Part shown: positions 13,076-25,718 of the stretch, one piece after another | Layout of the letters: every line of letters begins with the position of its first letter | Numbering within the stretch: the first letter of the stretch is position 1 | Assembly: GCA_041984235.1 (NCBI GenBank) | Contig: JBHIYN010000016.1 | Coordinates: 67,058-131,057 of the forward strand | Source of the DNA: Gammaproteobacteria bacterium | GTDB lineage: Bacteria > Pseudomonadota > Gammaproteobacteria > Ga0077536 | Length of the DNA: 64,000 bases | Direction: 5' to 3' | Translations under genes and position numbers: made by a program | Notes under the pieces: generated by a model | Seen by the model: the letters and a program-made list of their open reading frames with translations, nothing else | What the model was told of the DNA's origin: nothing | The model's database searches: none

Positions 13076-14674
13076 TCAGCGCATGCCGCCGACGATGGTC
13101 GCCGGGTCCGGCGGGGTGTTGAAGCTGTGGTACGGCGGCGGCGAGGACAGCGTCCACTCGAGACCGTGCGCGCCTTCCCAGACCTGGTCGCTGGCCTTGG
13201 CGCCGCCACGGGCGCACTTGACGATGACGACCACGAACAGCAATTGCGACAGGCCGAACACGAAGCCGCCGATGCTCGAGATCACGTTGAAGTCGGTGAA
13301 CTGCACGGCATAGTCGGGGATACGCCGCGGCATGCCGGCGAGACCGAGGAAGTGCTGCGGGAAGAACAGGACGTTGACCGAGATGGTCGACAGCCAGAAG
13401 TGCCACTTGCCGAGCGTCTCGTCGTACATGTAGCCGGTCCACTTCGGCAGCCAGAAATAGGTCCCGGCCATGATCGCGTAGATCGCGCCGGTCACCAGCA
13501 CGTAGTGGAAGTGCGCGACCACGAAGTAGGTGTCGTGGTACTGGAAGTCGACCGGGGTCACCCCCAGCATGAGGCCGGAGAAACCGCCGATGGTGAACAG
13601 CACCACGAAGGCCAGCGCGAACAGCATCGGCACCTCGAAGGTCATCGAGCTCTGCCACATGGTCGCCACCCAGTTGAACACCTTGACGCCGGTCGGCACC
13701 GCGATCAGCACGGTGGTGTACATGAAGAACAGCTCGCCGGCGAGCGGCATGCCGACGGTGAACATGTGGTGCGCCCACACGATGAACGAGAGGAAGGCGA
13801 TCGCCGCCGTGGCGTAGACCATGGAGGCATAGCCGAACAGCGGCTTGCGCGCGAAGGTCGGGATGATCGCGGACGCGATACCGAACGCCGGCAGGATCAG
13901 GATGTAGACCTCGGGGTGGCCGAAGAACCAGAAGATGTGCTGGAACATGACCGGGTCGCCGCCGCCCGCCGCGCTGAAGAACGCGGTGCCGAAGAACTTG
14001 TCGGTCAGCAGCATGGTGACCGCGCCCGCCAGCACCGGGATCGAGGCGATGAGCAGGAAGGCGGTGATGATCCAGGCCCACACGAACAGCGGCAGCTTGA
14101 GCAGCGTCATGCCCGGCGCGCGCATGTTGAACACCGTGGCGATGATGTTGATGGCGCCGGCGATCGAGGACGCGCCCATGAAGTGCACGGCGAAGATCAG
14201 GAACGGAAAGGCGTCGCCGGTCTGCAGCACCAGCGGCGGGTACATGGTCCAGCCGCCGGCGGGCGCGCCGCCCGGCATGAACAGGGTCGCGAGCAGCAGG
14301 GTGAAGGCGAACGGCAGGATCCAGAAGCTCCAGTTGTTGAGCCGCGGCAGCGCCATGTCGGGGGCGCCGATCATCATCGGGATCATCCAGTTGGCGAATC
14401 CCGTCCAGGCCGGCATGACCGCGCCGAAGATCATGATCAGCGCATGCATGGTGGTCATGGAGTTGAAGAACTGCGGATCGACGAACTGCAGCCCGGGCTG
14501 GAACAGCTCGAGGCGGATGATCATGGCCATCGCGCCGCCGATGAAGAACATCACCAGGGCGAAGATCAGGTACATCGTGCCGATGTCCTTGTGGTTGGTC
14601 GTCGTCAGCCAGCGCATGATGCCGGCCGGGTGATGGTCGTGGTGCTCGTCGTGGTGGGTCGCTGCCTCACTCAT
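13076..14674 (-). CDS. coxA: cytochrome c oxidase subunit I (aa3-type)
   Basis: 532 aa from MSEAATHHDEHHDHHPAGIMRWLTTTNHKDIGTMYLIF, with heme-copper oxidase histidine ligands. Start trimmed to the ATG at 14674. Confidence 0.95.
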   Translation of the reverse strand: MSEAATHHDEHHDHHPAGIMRWLTTTNHKDIGTMYLIFALVMFFIGGAMAMIIRLELFQPGLQFVDPQFFNSMTTMHALIMIFGAVMPAWTGFANWMIPMMIGAPDMALPRLNNWSFWILPFAFTLLLATLFMPGGAPAGGWTMYPPLVLQTGDAFPFLIFAVHFMGASSIAGAINIIATVFNMRAPGMTLLKLPLFVWAWIITAFLLIASIPVLAGAVTMLLTDKFFGTAFFSAAGGGDPVMFQHIFWFFGHPEVYILILPAFGIASAIIPTFARKPLFGYASMVYATAAIAFLSFIVWAHHMFTVGMPLAGELFFMYTTVLIAVPTGVKVFNWVATMWQSSMTFEVPMLFALAFVVLFTIGGFSGLMLGVTPVDFQYHDTYFVVAHFHYVLVTGAIYAIMAGTYFWLPKWTGYMYDETLGKWHFWLSTISVNVLFFPQHFLGLAGMPRRIPDYAVQFTDFNVISSIGGFVFGLSQLLFVVVIVKCARGGAKASDQVWEGAHGLEWTLSSPPPYHSFNTPPDPATIVGGMR

Positions 14675-14741
14675 GGTGTGTGACCTCTGAGTCTGCTGAT
14701 TCTTTGATACGGTGTACGGGTGACGGCGCGCTGGCGGCCGC

Positions 14742-15605
14742 TCAGGATCCCGTGGCGTCGGCAACCGCGCGGCTGGCTTGCACCGCGTCGGCCTGCTGGG
14801 TTGCGGCCTTGCGCTCGGCGACCCAGGCGGCGTAGTCGTCTTCGCTCATGGCATGGACCACGATCGGCATGAAGCCATGGTCCTTGCCGCACAGCTCCGC
14901 GCACTGGCCGCGGTAGATGCCGGGCTCTTCGATGGTCGCCCAGGACTCGTTGATGAAGCCCGGAATGGCGTCGCGCTTCCAGCCCAGCGCCGGCACCCAC
15001 CAGGCGTGGATGACGTCGCCGGCGGTGGTCAGGAAACGAATTTTCTTGTGCGTGGGAACGACGAGGTAGTTGTCGACGTCCAGCAGGTAGTGCTCCACCG
15101 TGTTGGGATCGATGCCGGAGCCACGCTGCCGCGCGGCGTTGGCGTCCTGCGTCAGGGTCGAGAAGAAGGCGATGCCGTCGTCGATGTACTGGTAGTGCCA
15201 CTTCCACTGGTAGCCGGTGACCTTGATGGTCATGTCCGCATCCGACACGTCTTCCATCATGATCAGCGCGCGCGTGGCGGGTACGGCGATGGCGACCAGG
15301 ATGACGAAGGGGATGATCGTCCACAGCACCTCGACCTTGGTGCTCTCGTGCCATTGCGCGGCCTGCGCGCCCTTCGATTTGCGGAAGGCGAAGATGGAGT
15401 AGAACATCGCGCCGAACACGCCGATCGCGATGACCACGCACACGCCGAGGATCAGCATGTGGAGATCGTAGATCTCGCGGCTGAACGGCGTGACGCCGCG
15501 CGTCAGGTTGAGTCCCCAGTCGGCCATCGCGGTAAGCGGCAGCGCCATCAGCGCGCCGCTCACGAGCGCGGTTCCAAGGGTGGCTCGCAGTTGGGTCAGT
15601 GTCAT
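14742..15605 (-). CDS. coxB: cytochrome c oxidase subunit II
   Basis: 287 aa with signal peptide MTLTQLRATLGTALVSGALMALPLTAMA and the CuA motif HAWWVPALGWKRDAIPG...CAELCG. Confidence 0.9.
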   Translation of the reverse strand: MTLTQLRATLGTALVSGALMALPLTAMADWGLNLTRGVTPFSREIYDLHMLILGVCVVIAIGVFGAMFYSIFAFRKSKGAQAAQWHESTKVEVLWTIIPFVILVAIAVPATRALIMMEDVSDADMTIKVTGYQWKWHYQYIDDGIAFFSTLTQDANAARQRGSGIDPNTVEHYLLDVDNYLVVPTHKKIRFLTTAGDVIHAWWVPALGWKRDAIPGFINESWATIEEPGIYRGQCAELCGKDHGFMPIVVHAMSEDDYAAWVAERKAATQQADAVQASRAVADATGS

Positions 15606-15949
15606 GATCCGGGCTCTCCGTACCGGGGCGCCATGCGCGCCTCGGGCTTGGTGCTGTTGCAGTTGTTCGTTTGTTCGATTGTCGCGCGGCGGGAACGGAC
15701 GATTCTTAACCCTGGTCACGCCCGAGCCCTTCCGGTGCCGTTCCGGCGGCGGAGATCCGCGCGTCCCGAATCGCGCACGTCCTGCGGTCGAACGTCGTCG
15801 AATTGTCTTGCATCATCTGGTCCCGCGGGTGCGGTCCAAGCGCTGTCTCTTACCTTGTCGCCGATTCAGTCCACACCCCGGCTGGCCGCTGGTCCCTGGC
15901 TGGCCGGTGCGGCGCTCGCGCGCCTTTCCCGCTGGGCGGAAGGGGCATT

Positions 15950-16366
15950 TTACCGGTTTTTCTTCAGCGCGCTAATCAAAGTTTGCGCGAATGATTCGCG
16001 TTCTCCCTCGGTCAGGAAACGGCCGAGCTCGACCGCGCGTCCCTGGCTCGCGACCCTGAGCGTGCGCGGGTGCAGGCGGCTGCGCGCCGCGACCAGCTCC
16101 ACGCGGACCCAGAAACGGTTGAACACGAGCCGATCCTCGAGCTCGCGAGCGCCGCGCTCGATGACCAGCTCGTCACCCTCGATACGCACGATCTCGCGCC
16201 GCTCGCCGTCGCGCAGCACGACGTAGAAGGCAGCCGCTACCGCGGCCGCCTCGAGTCCGGAGAACGGCAGCACCAGGGGCAGGCCCATGAAGGCGAAAAA
16301 ACCGCCCAGCCCGAGGCTGACAGCGGCAACGGCGAGAATGAAACGCTGCGCCTGCGGCCAGGTCAT
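15950..16366 (-). CDS. DUF2244-like integral membrane protein (cytochrome oxidase-associated)
   Basis: 138 aa from MTWPQAQRFILAVAAVSLGLGGFFAF..., two TM helices then a soluble tail. Start chosen to avoid overlap with bioD. Confidence 0.45.
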   Translation of the reverse strand: MTWPQAQRFILAVAAVSLGLGGFFAFMGLPLVLPFSGLEAAAVAAAFYVVLRDGERREIVRIEGDELVIERGARELEDRLVFNRFWVRVELVAARSRLHPRTLRVASQGRAVELGRFLTEGERESFAQTLISALKKNR

Positions 16367-16440
16367 CGAACGTGTCGGGCGCAGTTCCCAGCCGCTGGCG
16401 GCGGCTCCGGTCGCATCGAGTTCGGTAACCAAGTCTCGCG

Positions 16441-17130
16441 TCACTCCGGGAAAGGTCCGCCCTCGGGCAGGCGCTCGCAGAGCCCGGCGGCCACCGCCGC
16501 CGGCAGGCCCCCGTTCCATTCCAACGTCGCCAGGCGCGGCGCCGGGATCGCGGCCTCCAGTGTCTCGAATACGCCGGCGGCGTCGAACAGATCACCTTCG
16601 AGCCGGTTTGCGATCCAGCCGGCCAGGGTCACGCCGCTGGCCGCGATCGCCTGCGCGCTGAGCAGCGCGTGGTTGATGCAGCCCAGACGCACCCCAACCA
16701 CCAGCAGCACCGGCAGGCGCAGTTGCACGGCGAGATCGGCGAGCTCGAGATGCGGTCCCAGCGGCACGCGCCAGCCGCCGACGCCTTCCACCACCACGAA
16801 TTCGGCGCGCTGCCCGAGGGCCGCGCAGGCCGCAGCGATCGGGCCGGGCTCGATGCGCACCCCGGCCGCTGCCGCTGCCAGGTGCGGCGAGCACGGCGGC
16901 TCGAACAGGTAGGGATTGATCAGCTCCGCCGGCGCCGTGACACCCGAGGCCACGGTGAGCGCGGCGACGTCCTCGTTGACCAGGCGCCCGTCGACGTGCT
17001 CGGCGCCGGTCGCCACGGGCTTCATGCCGACCGCCGCGATGCCCGCTTCGCGCGCGGCCGCCAGCAGCGCGCAGCTGACCCGGGTCTTGCCGCAGCCGGT
17101 ATCGGTGCCGGTGATGAAGACGCCCTTCAC
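16441..17130 (-). CDS. bioD: dethiobiotin synthetase
   Basis: 229 aa with MKGVFITGTDTGCGKT P-loop and BioD family features. Confidence 0.85.
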   Translation of the reverse strand: MKGVFITGTDTGCGKTRVSCALLAAAREAGIAAVGMKPVATGAEHVDGRLVNEDVAALTVASGVTAPAELINPYLFEPPCSPHLAAAAAGVRIEPGPIAAACAALGQRAEFVVVEGVGGWRVPLGPHLELADLAVQLRLPVLLVVGVRLGCINHALLSAQAIAASGVTLAGWIANRLEGDLFDAAGVFETLEAAIPAPRLATLEWNGGLPAAVAAGLCERLPEGGPFPE

Positions 17131-18008
17131 CGGCGCTTCAACCGCGACAGGGGGAAGACCTGTGCCTGCGGATCCTCGCTGCTGACCCGTTCCGTCGCCC
17201 AGGCATGGCCGAACACCACTTCCCAGGTCGCCGGCAGCTTACCGTCGCGGCGGTGCTCCTCGTACGCGTCGATCAGGGCCTGCAGCTGGCGACGCCCGAA
17301 CAGGCCGCGTGGCCGGCCACGGCTGGCATTGGCGGCACCGAGTCCCTTGAGATCGCGCATCAGGGTCATGACGGTGTCGTATTCGACGGTGATGTACTCG
17401 GTCTCCATGACCGGGTCGGCGAAGCCCGCGCGCCCCAGCATGTCGCCGACGTCGTGCATGTCGAGGAAGGCGTTGACATGGTCGGCACGGGACACCCGGG
17501 CGAAGGCCGCGCGCAGTTCCTTCAGCGTATCCGGTCCCAGGGTGGTGAACAGGAACAGGCCGCCGGGCCGCAGCGCGTGGTGGACCTCGGCGAACGTCTG
17601 CCCCAGGTCGCTGCACCACTGCACGGCGAGGCTGGAGAACGCGAGGTCGAAAGCGTCGCGCGCGAACGGCAGCCGTTCGATGTCCGCGCAGGCGTAGCGG
17701 TGGCGTGAGAAGAGGCGCGGGCCCTGGCGCCGGGCGGCCGCGAGCATACCCGGCGCGAGATCGCAGTGCACCACGCGGGCACGGCGATAACGTTCGGCCA
17801 GGGCGCGCGCGCCCTGCCCCGTGCCGGAGCCGAGGTCGACGACGTTGCGCGGCTCCAGCGCGACGTAGTCGAGCCGCTCCAACGCACGCGACAGCACCTC
17901 GCGCTGCAGCACCGCGTGGTCGTCGTAGCGCGGCGCGGCGTGGTCGAAGTGCGCGGCGACCCGCTGCTTGTCGAGCGCGCCGGCGTCGGGCGGTGATTGA
18001 GAATTCAT
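17127..18008 (-). CDS. bioC: malonyl-ACP O-methyltransferase
   Basis: 293 aa with SAM-MTase motif VVDLGSGTG and the BioC-like N-terminus. Sits between bioF and bioD. Confidence 0.8.
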   Translation of the reverse strand: MNSQSPPDAGALDKQRVAAHFDHAAPRYDDHAVLQREVLSRALERLDYVALEPRNVVDLGSGTGQGARALAERYRRARVVHCDLAPGMLAAARRQGPRLFSRHRYACADIERLPFARDAFDLAFSSLAVQWCSDLGQTFAEVHHALRPGGLFLFTTLGPDTLKELRAAFARVSRADHVNAFLDMHDVGDMLGRAGFADPVMETEYITVEYDTVMTLMRDLKGLGAANASRGRPRGLFGRRQLQALIDAYEEHRRDGKLPATWEVVFGHAWATERVSSEDPQAQVFPLSRLKRR

Positions 18009-19168
18009 CCCGTCACCGCCTCGGCGCAGGCCGCGACCAGGCCGTCGATGTCGGCGCGATCGTGGCTCGCGCTCAGCGTGATGCGCAGGCGCGCGGTGCC
18101 GCGCGGCACCGTCGGCGGCCGGATCGCGCGAACGTAATAGCCGGCCGCATTGAGTGCCGCGGCGGCGCGCAGCGCGTCGCCGTCGGCGCCAATCGGCAGC
18201 GGCTGGATGGCCGTCGTGCTCGGCAGCAGCGGCAGGCCGGCCGCGCGCGCCTGCGCGCGGAAGTGCGCGACGTTCGCGGTCAGCGCGTGGCGCGGCGATG
18301 AGTCGCCGAAGGCGAGGTCCAGCGCGGCCAGTGCCGCGGCGGCGGTGACCGGCGGCGCGGCGGTGTCGTAGACGAAAGTACGCGCGCGCTGTACCAGGGT
18401 ATCGATGACCACCGCCGGACCCAGCACCAGGGCGCCGGCCGAACCGAGCGCCTTGCCGAGCGTGATCATGGTCAGCGTGACCGGCGGCGCGGTGACGGCG
18501 GCCAGCGCCGCCGCGGCGCCGCGCCCGTCGTCACCGGTGACGCCGAAGCCGTGCGCGTCGTCGACGTAGAGCACGGCGTCGCCGGCCTCGGCAACGGCGG
18601 CGAGCTCGGCGAGCGGCGCGGCATCGCCGTCCATGCTGAACACCGATTCGGTCACCACGAAGCGCTGGCGCGCGGGCGGCAGCGCGTCGAGATCGGGCAG
18701 CGTGCCATGGCGGTAGCGGCGGTGACGCGCGCGGCTCGCGATGACCCCGTCGATGAGTGAGGCGTGGTTGAGCCGATCGTGGGCGATGGCGTCCTCGCGC
18801 CCGGCCAGGGCAGCGAGCGCGCCGAGGTTGGCGAGGTAGCCGGAGCTGAACAGCAGGCCCGCCTCGTGGCCGGTCAGCGTGGCAACGCGTCGCTCGAGCT
18901 CGTCGTGCAGTGCGCTGCGGCCGGACAGCAGGGCGGCGGCGCCGGCGCCGAAGCCGGTGTTGCCGAGGGTCTCACGAACGCGCGCGAGGACGTAAGGGTG
19001 CGCGGCCAGGCCGAGGTAGTCGTTGCCGCTGAAGTTGACCAGCTCGCGGCCGGCGAGACGCACGCGGGCGCGCGGGGCGGGCTCGCACACCTCCAGCGTG
19101 CGCAGCGCGTCGCCGGCACGGTCGTGCGCGAGGGCGCCGGCGAGGCGCGCGAGGAAAGCGTCGCTCAC
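18005..19168 (-). CDS. bioF: 8-amino-7-oxononanoate synthase
   Basis: 387 aa with NFSGNDYLGL and the PLP-lysine region SFSKALG-like (TLGKALGSAG). Confidence 0.85.
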   Translation of the reverse strand: MSDAFLARLAGALAHDRAGDALRTLEVCEPAPRARVRLAGRELVNFSGNDYLGLAAHPYVLARVRETLGNTGFGAGAAALLSGRSALHDELERRVATLTGHEAGLLFSSGYLANLGALAALAGREDAIAHDRLNHASLIDGVIASRARHRRYRHGTLPDLDALPPARQRFVVTESVFSMDGDAAPLAELAAVAEAGDAVLYVDDAHGFGVTGDDGRGAAAALAAVTAPPVTLTMITLGKALGSAGALVLGPAVVIDTLVQRARTFVYDTAAPPVTAAAALAALDLAFGDSSPRHALTANVAHFRAQARAAGLPLLPSTTAIQPLPIGADGDALRAAAALNAAGYYVRAIRPPTVPRGTARLRITLSASHDRADIDGLVAACAEAVTG

Positions 19169-19184
19169 GCGCTGCGTGCTGCGG

Positions 19185-20174
19185 TCACGCGTGCGCGGGA
19201 CTGGCGCTCAGACCGAGCCGGGCGAACAGCTGCTGATCGGCGAGCACGGCGGGGTTGGCCGTGGTCAGCAGCTCGTCGCCGTAGAAGATGGAGTTGGCGC
19301 CGGCGAAGAAGCACAGCGCCTGCAGCTCGTCGCTCATGCCGGTGCGGCCGGCCGACAGGCGTACATGGGATGCGGGCATGAGGATGCGCGCGACCGCGAT
19401 GGTGCGCACGAAGTCGATCGGGTGCACGGCCTCGGTCGCGGCCAGCGGCGTGCCCTCGACCTTGACCAGGAGATTGATCGGCACCGACTCGGGATGCCGT
19501 GGCAGGTTGGCCAGCGTGGTCAGCATGGCGCTGCGATCGGCGACGTCTTCACCGAGGCCGACGATGCCCCCGCAGCAGACCTTGATGTTCGCGTCACGCA
19601 CGTTGTCGAGGGTGTCGAGGCGATCGCGGTAGGTGCGCGTGGAGATGATCTCGCCGTAGAACTCCGGCGAGGTGTCAAGATTGTGGTTGTAGTAATCGAG
19701 ACCGGCGTCGGCCAGGCGCGAGGCCTGTGCCGCGTTCAGCATGCCGAGGGTGACGCAGGTTTCCATGCCGAGTGCGCGGACGCCCTCGATCAGCGGGACC
19801 ACGCGATCGAGATCGCGATCCTTGGGCGAGCGCCACGCGGCGCCCATGCAGAAGCGCGTCGCGCCGGCGTCGCGGGCTGCACGCGCGGCCTTGAGCACTT
19901 CATCGAGCTCGAGCACGGGGGTGGCCTCGACGCCGGTGTCGTAACGCACGCTCTGCGGGCAGTAGGCGCAGTCCTCCGGACAGCCGCCGCTCTTGATGTT
20001 GAGCAGGGTGCTGAGCTGTACCACGTTGGCGTCGAAGTGCTCGCGATGGGTGCTGTGGGCACGGAACAGCAGGTCGTTGAACGGCATCGCGAAGAGTGTT
20101 TCGGCTTCACTGCGCGACCAGTCATGGCGCAGGTGATCGGCGGGCGCGGAAGCGGTTAGGGTAGTGGCATGCAT
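19185..20174 (-). CDS. bioB: biotin synthase
   Basis: Radical-SAM [11 protein letters not shown] motif. Start chosen at MHATTLTAS by alignment to E. coli BioB (upstream in-frame ATGs are also possible). Confidence 0.9.
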   Translation of the reverse strand: MHATTLTASAPADHLRHDWSRSEAETLFAMPFNDLLFRAHSTHREHFDANVVQLSTLLNIKSGGCPEDCAYCPQSVRYDTGVEATPVLELDEVLKAARAARDAGATRFCMGAAWRSPKDRDLDRVVPLIEGVRALGMETCVTLGMLNAAQASRLADAGLDYYNHNLDTSPEFYGEIISTRTYRDRLDTLDNVRDANIKVCCGGIVGLGEDVADRSAMLTTLANLPRHPESVPINLLVKVEGTPLAATEAVHPIDFVRTIAVARILMPASHVRLSAGRTGMSDELQALCFFAGANSIFYGDELLTTANPAVLADQQLFARLGLSASPAHA

Positions 20175-20223
20175 GGCGCGGGTTCCGTCGGGTCGTGCGG
20201 GAAAGAGCTGGAGGTTGCGCATC

Positions 20224-20901
20224 ATGGACGAAGCGAACCGGCTGTCAAGCCCGGCCGGGGCAGGAAAGCTGTACGGGCGGTGGTGGACGCGCGGGATAGC
20301 GGCGCGCTGCCTGCTGTGCACGGCGCGTTGTGCGGACCGTGGACTGTGTGCGGCCTGCCTGGCGGATCTGCCGTGGCGTGGTGAGCCGGCCGTGCCGCGC
20401 CGGCCCCGCGAGCTCGACCTGCTGCTGGCGGCCTGCGATTACCGTTACCCGCTCGACGTGATCGTGATGAACGCCAAGTTCCACGCCGACCTCGCCGCAC
20501 TGAAGCTGGCTGGGGAGATGCTTTGCCAAGGAGTAAGCACCCACTTACCGAGAGCGGACCGCGTGTTGCCGGTGCCGCTTTACGGGTCGCGGCGCCTGCT
20601 ACGCGGCTTCAACCAGGCGCTGGAGCTGGCGCGGCCGCTGGCCGCCCGCCTCGGCCTGACGCCGGACACGGCAACCCTGCGCCGGCTGCGTGGCGGACGC
20701 GCGCAATCGCGCCTCTCGGCGAGCGCACGCCGGGCCAACCTGGCCGGCGCCTTCGTCGCCCGCGGCTCGCTGGCCGGTGAGACGGTGGTGCTGGTCGACG
20801 ACGTGGTTACCACCGGGGCGACCCTGGGCGCGGCAGCGGCCGCACTGCGCCGCGCCGGCGCGCGGCGCATCGTCGGGGTGGCGCTGGCGGCCACCCCGTG
20901 A
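20224..20901 (+). CDS. comF: ComF family protein (phosphoribosyltransferase domain, competence-related)
   Basis: N-terminal Zn-finger-like [17 protein letters not shown] and C-terminal PRTase motif [14 protein letters not shown]. Divergent from bioB. Confidence 0.7.
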   Translation: MDEANRLSSPAGAGKLYGRWWTRGIAARCLLCTARCADRGLCAACLADLPWRGEPAVPRRPRELDLLLAACDYRYPLDVIVMNAKFHADLAALKLAGEMLCQGVSTHLPRADRVLPVPLYGSRRLLRGFNQALELARPLAARLGLTPDTATLRRLRGGRAQSRLSASARRANLAGAFVARGSLAGETVVLVDDVVTTGATLGAAAAALRRAGARRIVGVALAATP

Positions 20902-20908
20902 ACGGCCG

Positions 20909-23320
<2,412 letters not shown>

Positions 23321-24397
23321 TCAGGCATGAGGCTCTGAGGCATGGGGTTTCACGTGGAACACGGCAGCCGCCTGGTCGGCGATCTCGGGTAACTCGGTCG
23401 GGCGGATGGCGGTATAGATGCGCTGTCCCCCCTGCCGATCGATGATGTCCACAGCCCAGGCGCGCATTTTATCATCAAGCTCGGCCGCGAGGTCATCGAC
23501 CAGCATTACGGGTTTTCGGCCACTGCCCGCTTCGATGAAAGCGGCCAGTCCGACCAGCATCTGGCAGACCGTGAACTTGCTCTGCCCACGCGACAAATGG
23601 CGCGCAATACTCCGGCCGCCGCCCTTGAGGCTCAGGTCCGCGCGATGCACCCCGGCAGCGGTAAAGCCAAGTGCCCTGTCCCGCTCCCACTGCTCCGCGA
23701 GCTGGCGCGCCAGCCCGGTGTCCCGGTCCCAGCCCGGCAGGTAATGCAGCGTTATCGGTCCGAAATTCTCGACCAGCGGGCTTTCGGCCAGCGCCCCGTT
23801 CAGAACCTCGACGACCCGGCAGCGACAGCGGTCGATCTCCAGCGCCGCGCGTTCCAGCTCCTGGTTCCAGAATTCAGCCTCTGACCTGGCAGCGTTGCGT
23901 CGCAGCAATTCGTTGCGCTGACGCAAAGCCTGCCGGTAACGCTTCCAGGCTTCGATATACGCCGGTTCCACGTGAAACATGGTGCGGTCGACCAGTGCAC
24001 GGCGATTGCTCGGACTATCGGTCAGCAAACCGCCGACTCTCGAATCGATGACAATCAGCGGTACCCGCTGCGCCAGTGCCGACGCCGCCATCACCGGCAC
24101 GCCGTCAATGGCAATCGCCGTCTCCTCGCGCGTCTTTTTTACCGTCACCCGAAAATGCCCGGCCGCCTCCCCTGCCAGCAGGGCACGCACCGACAGGCCG
24201 TCGGTACCCAGGCGTACGATGTCGCGCACCCGGTTCGACAGGAACGACTTACCCAGGCTGGCCAGGGCAAAACCCTCGAGCAGGGAGGTCTTGCCGCTGC
24301 CGTTATCCCCCCAGACCAGGCTGACCGCCTCGTCGGGCTCGAATTCCAGCGTCTCCAGGCAACGCAGGTTGGTGATCGCGATCGCTTCGAAACGCAT
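23321..24397 (-). CDS. recF: DNA replication and repair protein RecF
   Basis: 358 aa with Walker A GDNGSGKTSLLE, in dnaA-dnaN-recF-gyrB order. Confidence 0.9.
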   Translation of the reverse strand: MRFEAIAITNLRCLETLEFEPDEAVSLVWGDNGSGKTSLLEGFALASLGKSFLSNRVRDIVRLGTDGLSVRALLAGEAAGHFRVTVKKTREETAIAIDGVPVMAASALAQRVPLIVIDSRVGGLLTDSPSNRRALVDRTMFHVEPAYIEAWKRYRQALRQRNELLRRNAARSEAEFWNQELERAALEIDRCRCRVVEVLNGALAESPLVENFGPITLHYLPGWDRDTGLARQLAEQWERDRALGFTAAGVHRADLSLKGGGRSIARHLSRGQSKFTVCQMLVGLAAFIEAGSGRKPVMLVDDLAAELDDKMRAWAVDIIDRQGGQRIYTAIRPTELPEIADQAAAVFHVKPHASEPHA

Positions 24398-24441
24398 GCC
24401 TGGCCTGCGGTCCGTGACCGCGGTGGCGGCTCGCCCGCGGA

Positions 24442-25542
24442 TCAGAGCCGCATGGGCATGACGACGTAACGCGAGCGCTCGTCTTCGGGTGCCCGCATCA
24501 GGCAGCTGCTGCTGGCATCGATCAGGTCCAGGCGTACGTTCTCCGAGCGCATCACCCCGAGCACGTCAAGCAGGTACGATACGTTGAACCCGACTTCCAT
24601 CGCGTCCCCACTGTAATCCACCTCGATCTCTTCTTCCGCCTCTTCCTGCTCCGGGTTGTGGGCCACGGCGGTCAGCAGGTTCTTCTTCAGGATCAGCCGA
24701 ATACCGCGGAATTTCTCGTTCGACAGGATCGAAGCCCGGCTGAGCCCGGCGCGCAGCGCCTCGCGATCGGCCGTGACGACGTTGCTGCTCTCGCGCGGAA
24801 TGACCCGCTCGTAGTCGGGAAAGCGGCCGTCGATGAGCTTGGTCGTCAGTGATTGTCCGCCGCTGGTAACGCGGAAGTGGTTGTCCCCGATCGCAACGCT
24901 GACCTGCTCCTCGGCACTGTTCAGCAGTCGTTCGATCTCCAGTACCCCTTTGCGTGGCAGGATGAGCTGCCGGGGTGCGTCGAGCTCGAGCTCGATGTCC
25001 TTGTCGGTCAGCGCCAGGCGGTGGCCATCGGTCGCCACCGCGCGCACCCGGTTGGCGTCCATTTCCAGTAACAGGCCGTTCAGGTAATAGCGCACGTCCT
25101 GGTGGGCCATGGCGAAATGCGTGCTTTCCAGCAGATCGGTCAGCGCCTCGCTCGCGAGCTGAAACTCGACCTTGACGTCGAACGCACCGATCGACGGGAA
25201 CTCGTCGGCCTTCATGCTCGCCAGCGAGAAGCGGCTGCGCCCGGAAGCGATCTTGGTCTTGGCGCCGCTGCCATCGATGGACAGCTCCGCATCGGCCGGC
25301 AGCGCACGGCAGATGTCGAACAGCTTGCGCGCGGGCAACGCGAGGGCGCCCTCTTCGCCCGGCTTGATGTCCAGCCCGTAGCTCAGCTCCACCTCCATGT
25401 CGGTGGCACCGATCCGCACACCGTCCCCGTCCGCCTGGAACAACAGGTTGCTCAGAATCGGTAACGTCTGCCGTCGCTCGACCACGTTGTTCGCTGCCTG
25501 CAGCGCAGGTAACAGTATTTCTCTGGAAAGCTTGATCTTCAT
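24442..25542 (-). CDS. dnaN: DNA polymerase III beta sliding clamp
   Basis: 366 aa, MKIKLSREILLPALQAANNVVERRQTLPILSNLLF. Confidence 0.9.
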   Translation of the reverse strand: MKIKLSREILLPALQAANNVVERRQTLPILSNLLFQADGDGVRIGATDMEVELSYGLDIKPGEEGALALPARKLFDICRALPADAELSIDGSGAKTKIASGRSRFSLASMKADEFPSIGAFDVKVEFQLASEALTDLLESTHFAMAHQDVRYYLNGLLLEMDANRVRAVATDGHRLALTDKDIELELDAPRQLILPRKGVLEIERLLNSAEEQVSVAIGDNHFRVTSGGQSLTTKLIDGRFPDYERVIPRESSNVVTADREALRAGLSRASILSNEKFRGIRLILKKNLLTAVAHNPEQEEAEEEIEVDYSGDAMEVGFNVSYLLDVLGVMRSENVRLDLIDASSSCLMRAPEDERSRYVVMPMRL

Positions 25543-25718
25543 CTGTTGTATTTATTACCTGCCCCGTTATTGGGTATAACAAAATAACGCATAAATTTCA
25601 TAGACTTATGCGCCCCTCCCGGTGTGTACCCAAGCGCGTGCCCTGTGGATAAGCTCGGGGTGAACGGCGCGTCCGGACACCCCCGAAATTTATCCACAAC
25701 TTGGCCCACGTAATACCA
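25543..25718. promoter_or_regulatory. oriC: candidate chromosomal replication origin (oriC), dnaA-dnaN intergenic
   Basis: Perfect DnaA boxes TGTGGATAA (25644-25652) and TTATCCACA (25690-25698). A ~70-bp AT-rich tract (25543-25610) sits in an otherwise ~70% GC genome. Confidence 0.5.

Noticed and set aside
13010-14683. 557-aa plus-strand ORF antisense to coxA
   Set aside because: The Arg/Glu/Asp/His-rich nonsense translation is opposite the highly conserved cytochrome oxidase subunit I gene.
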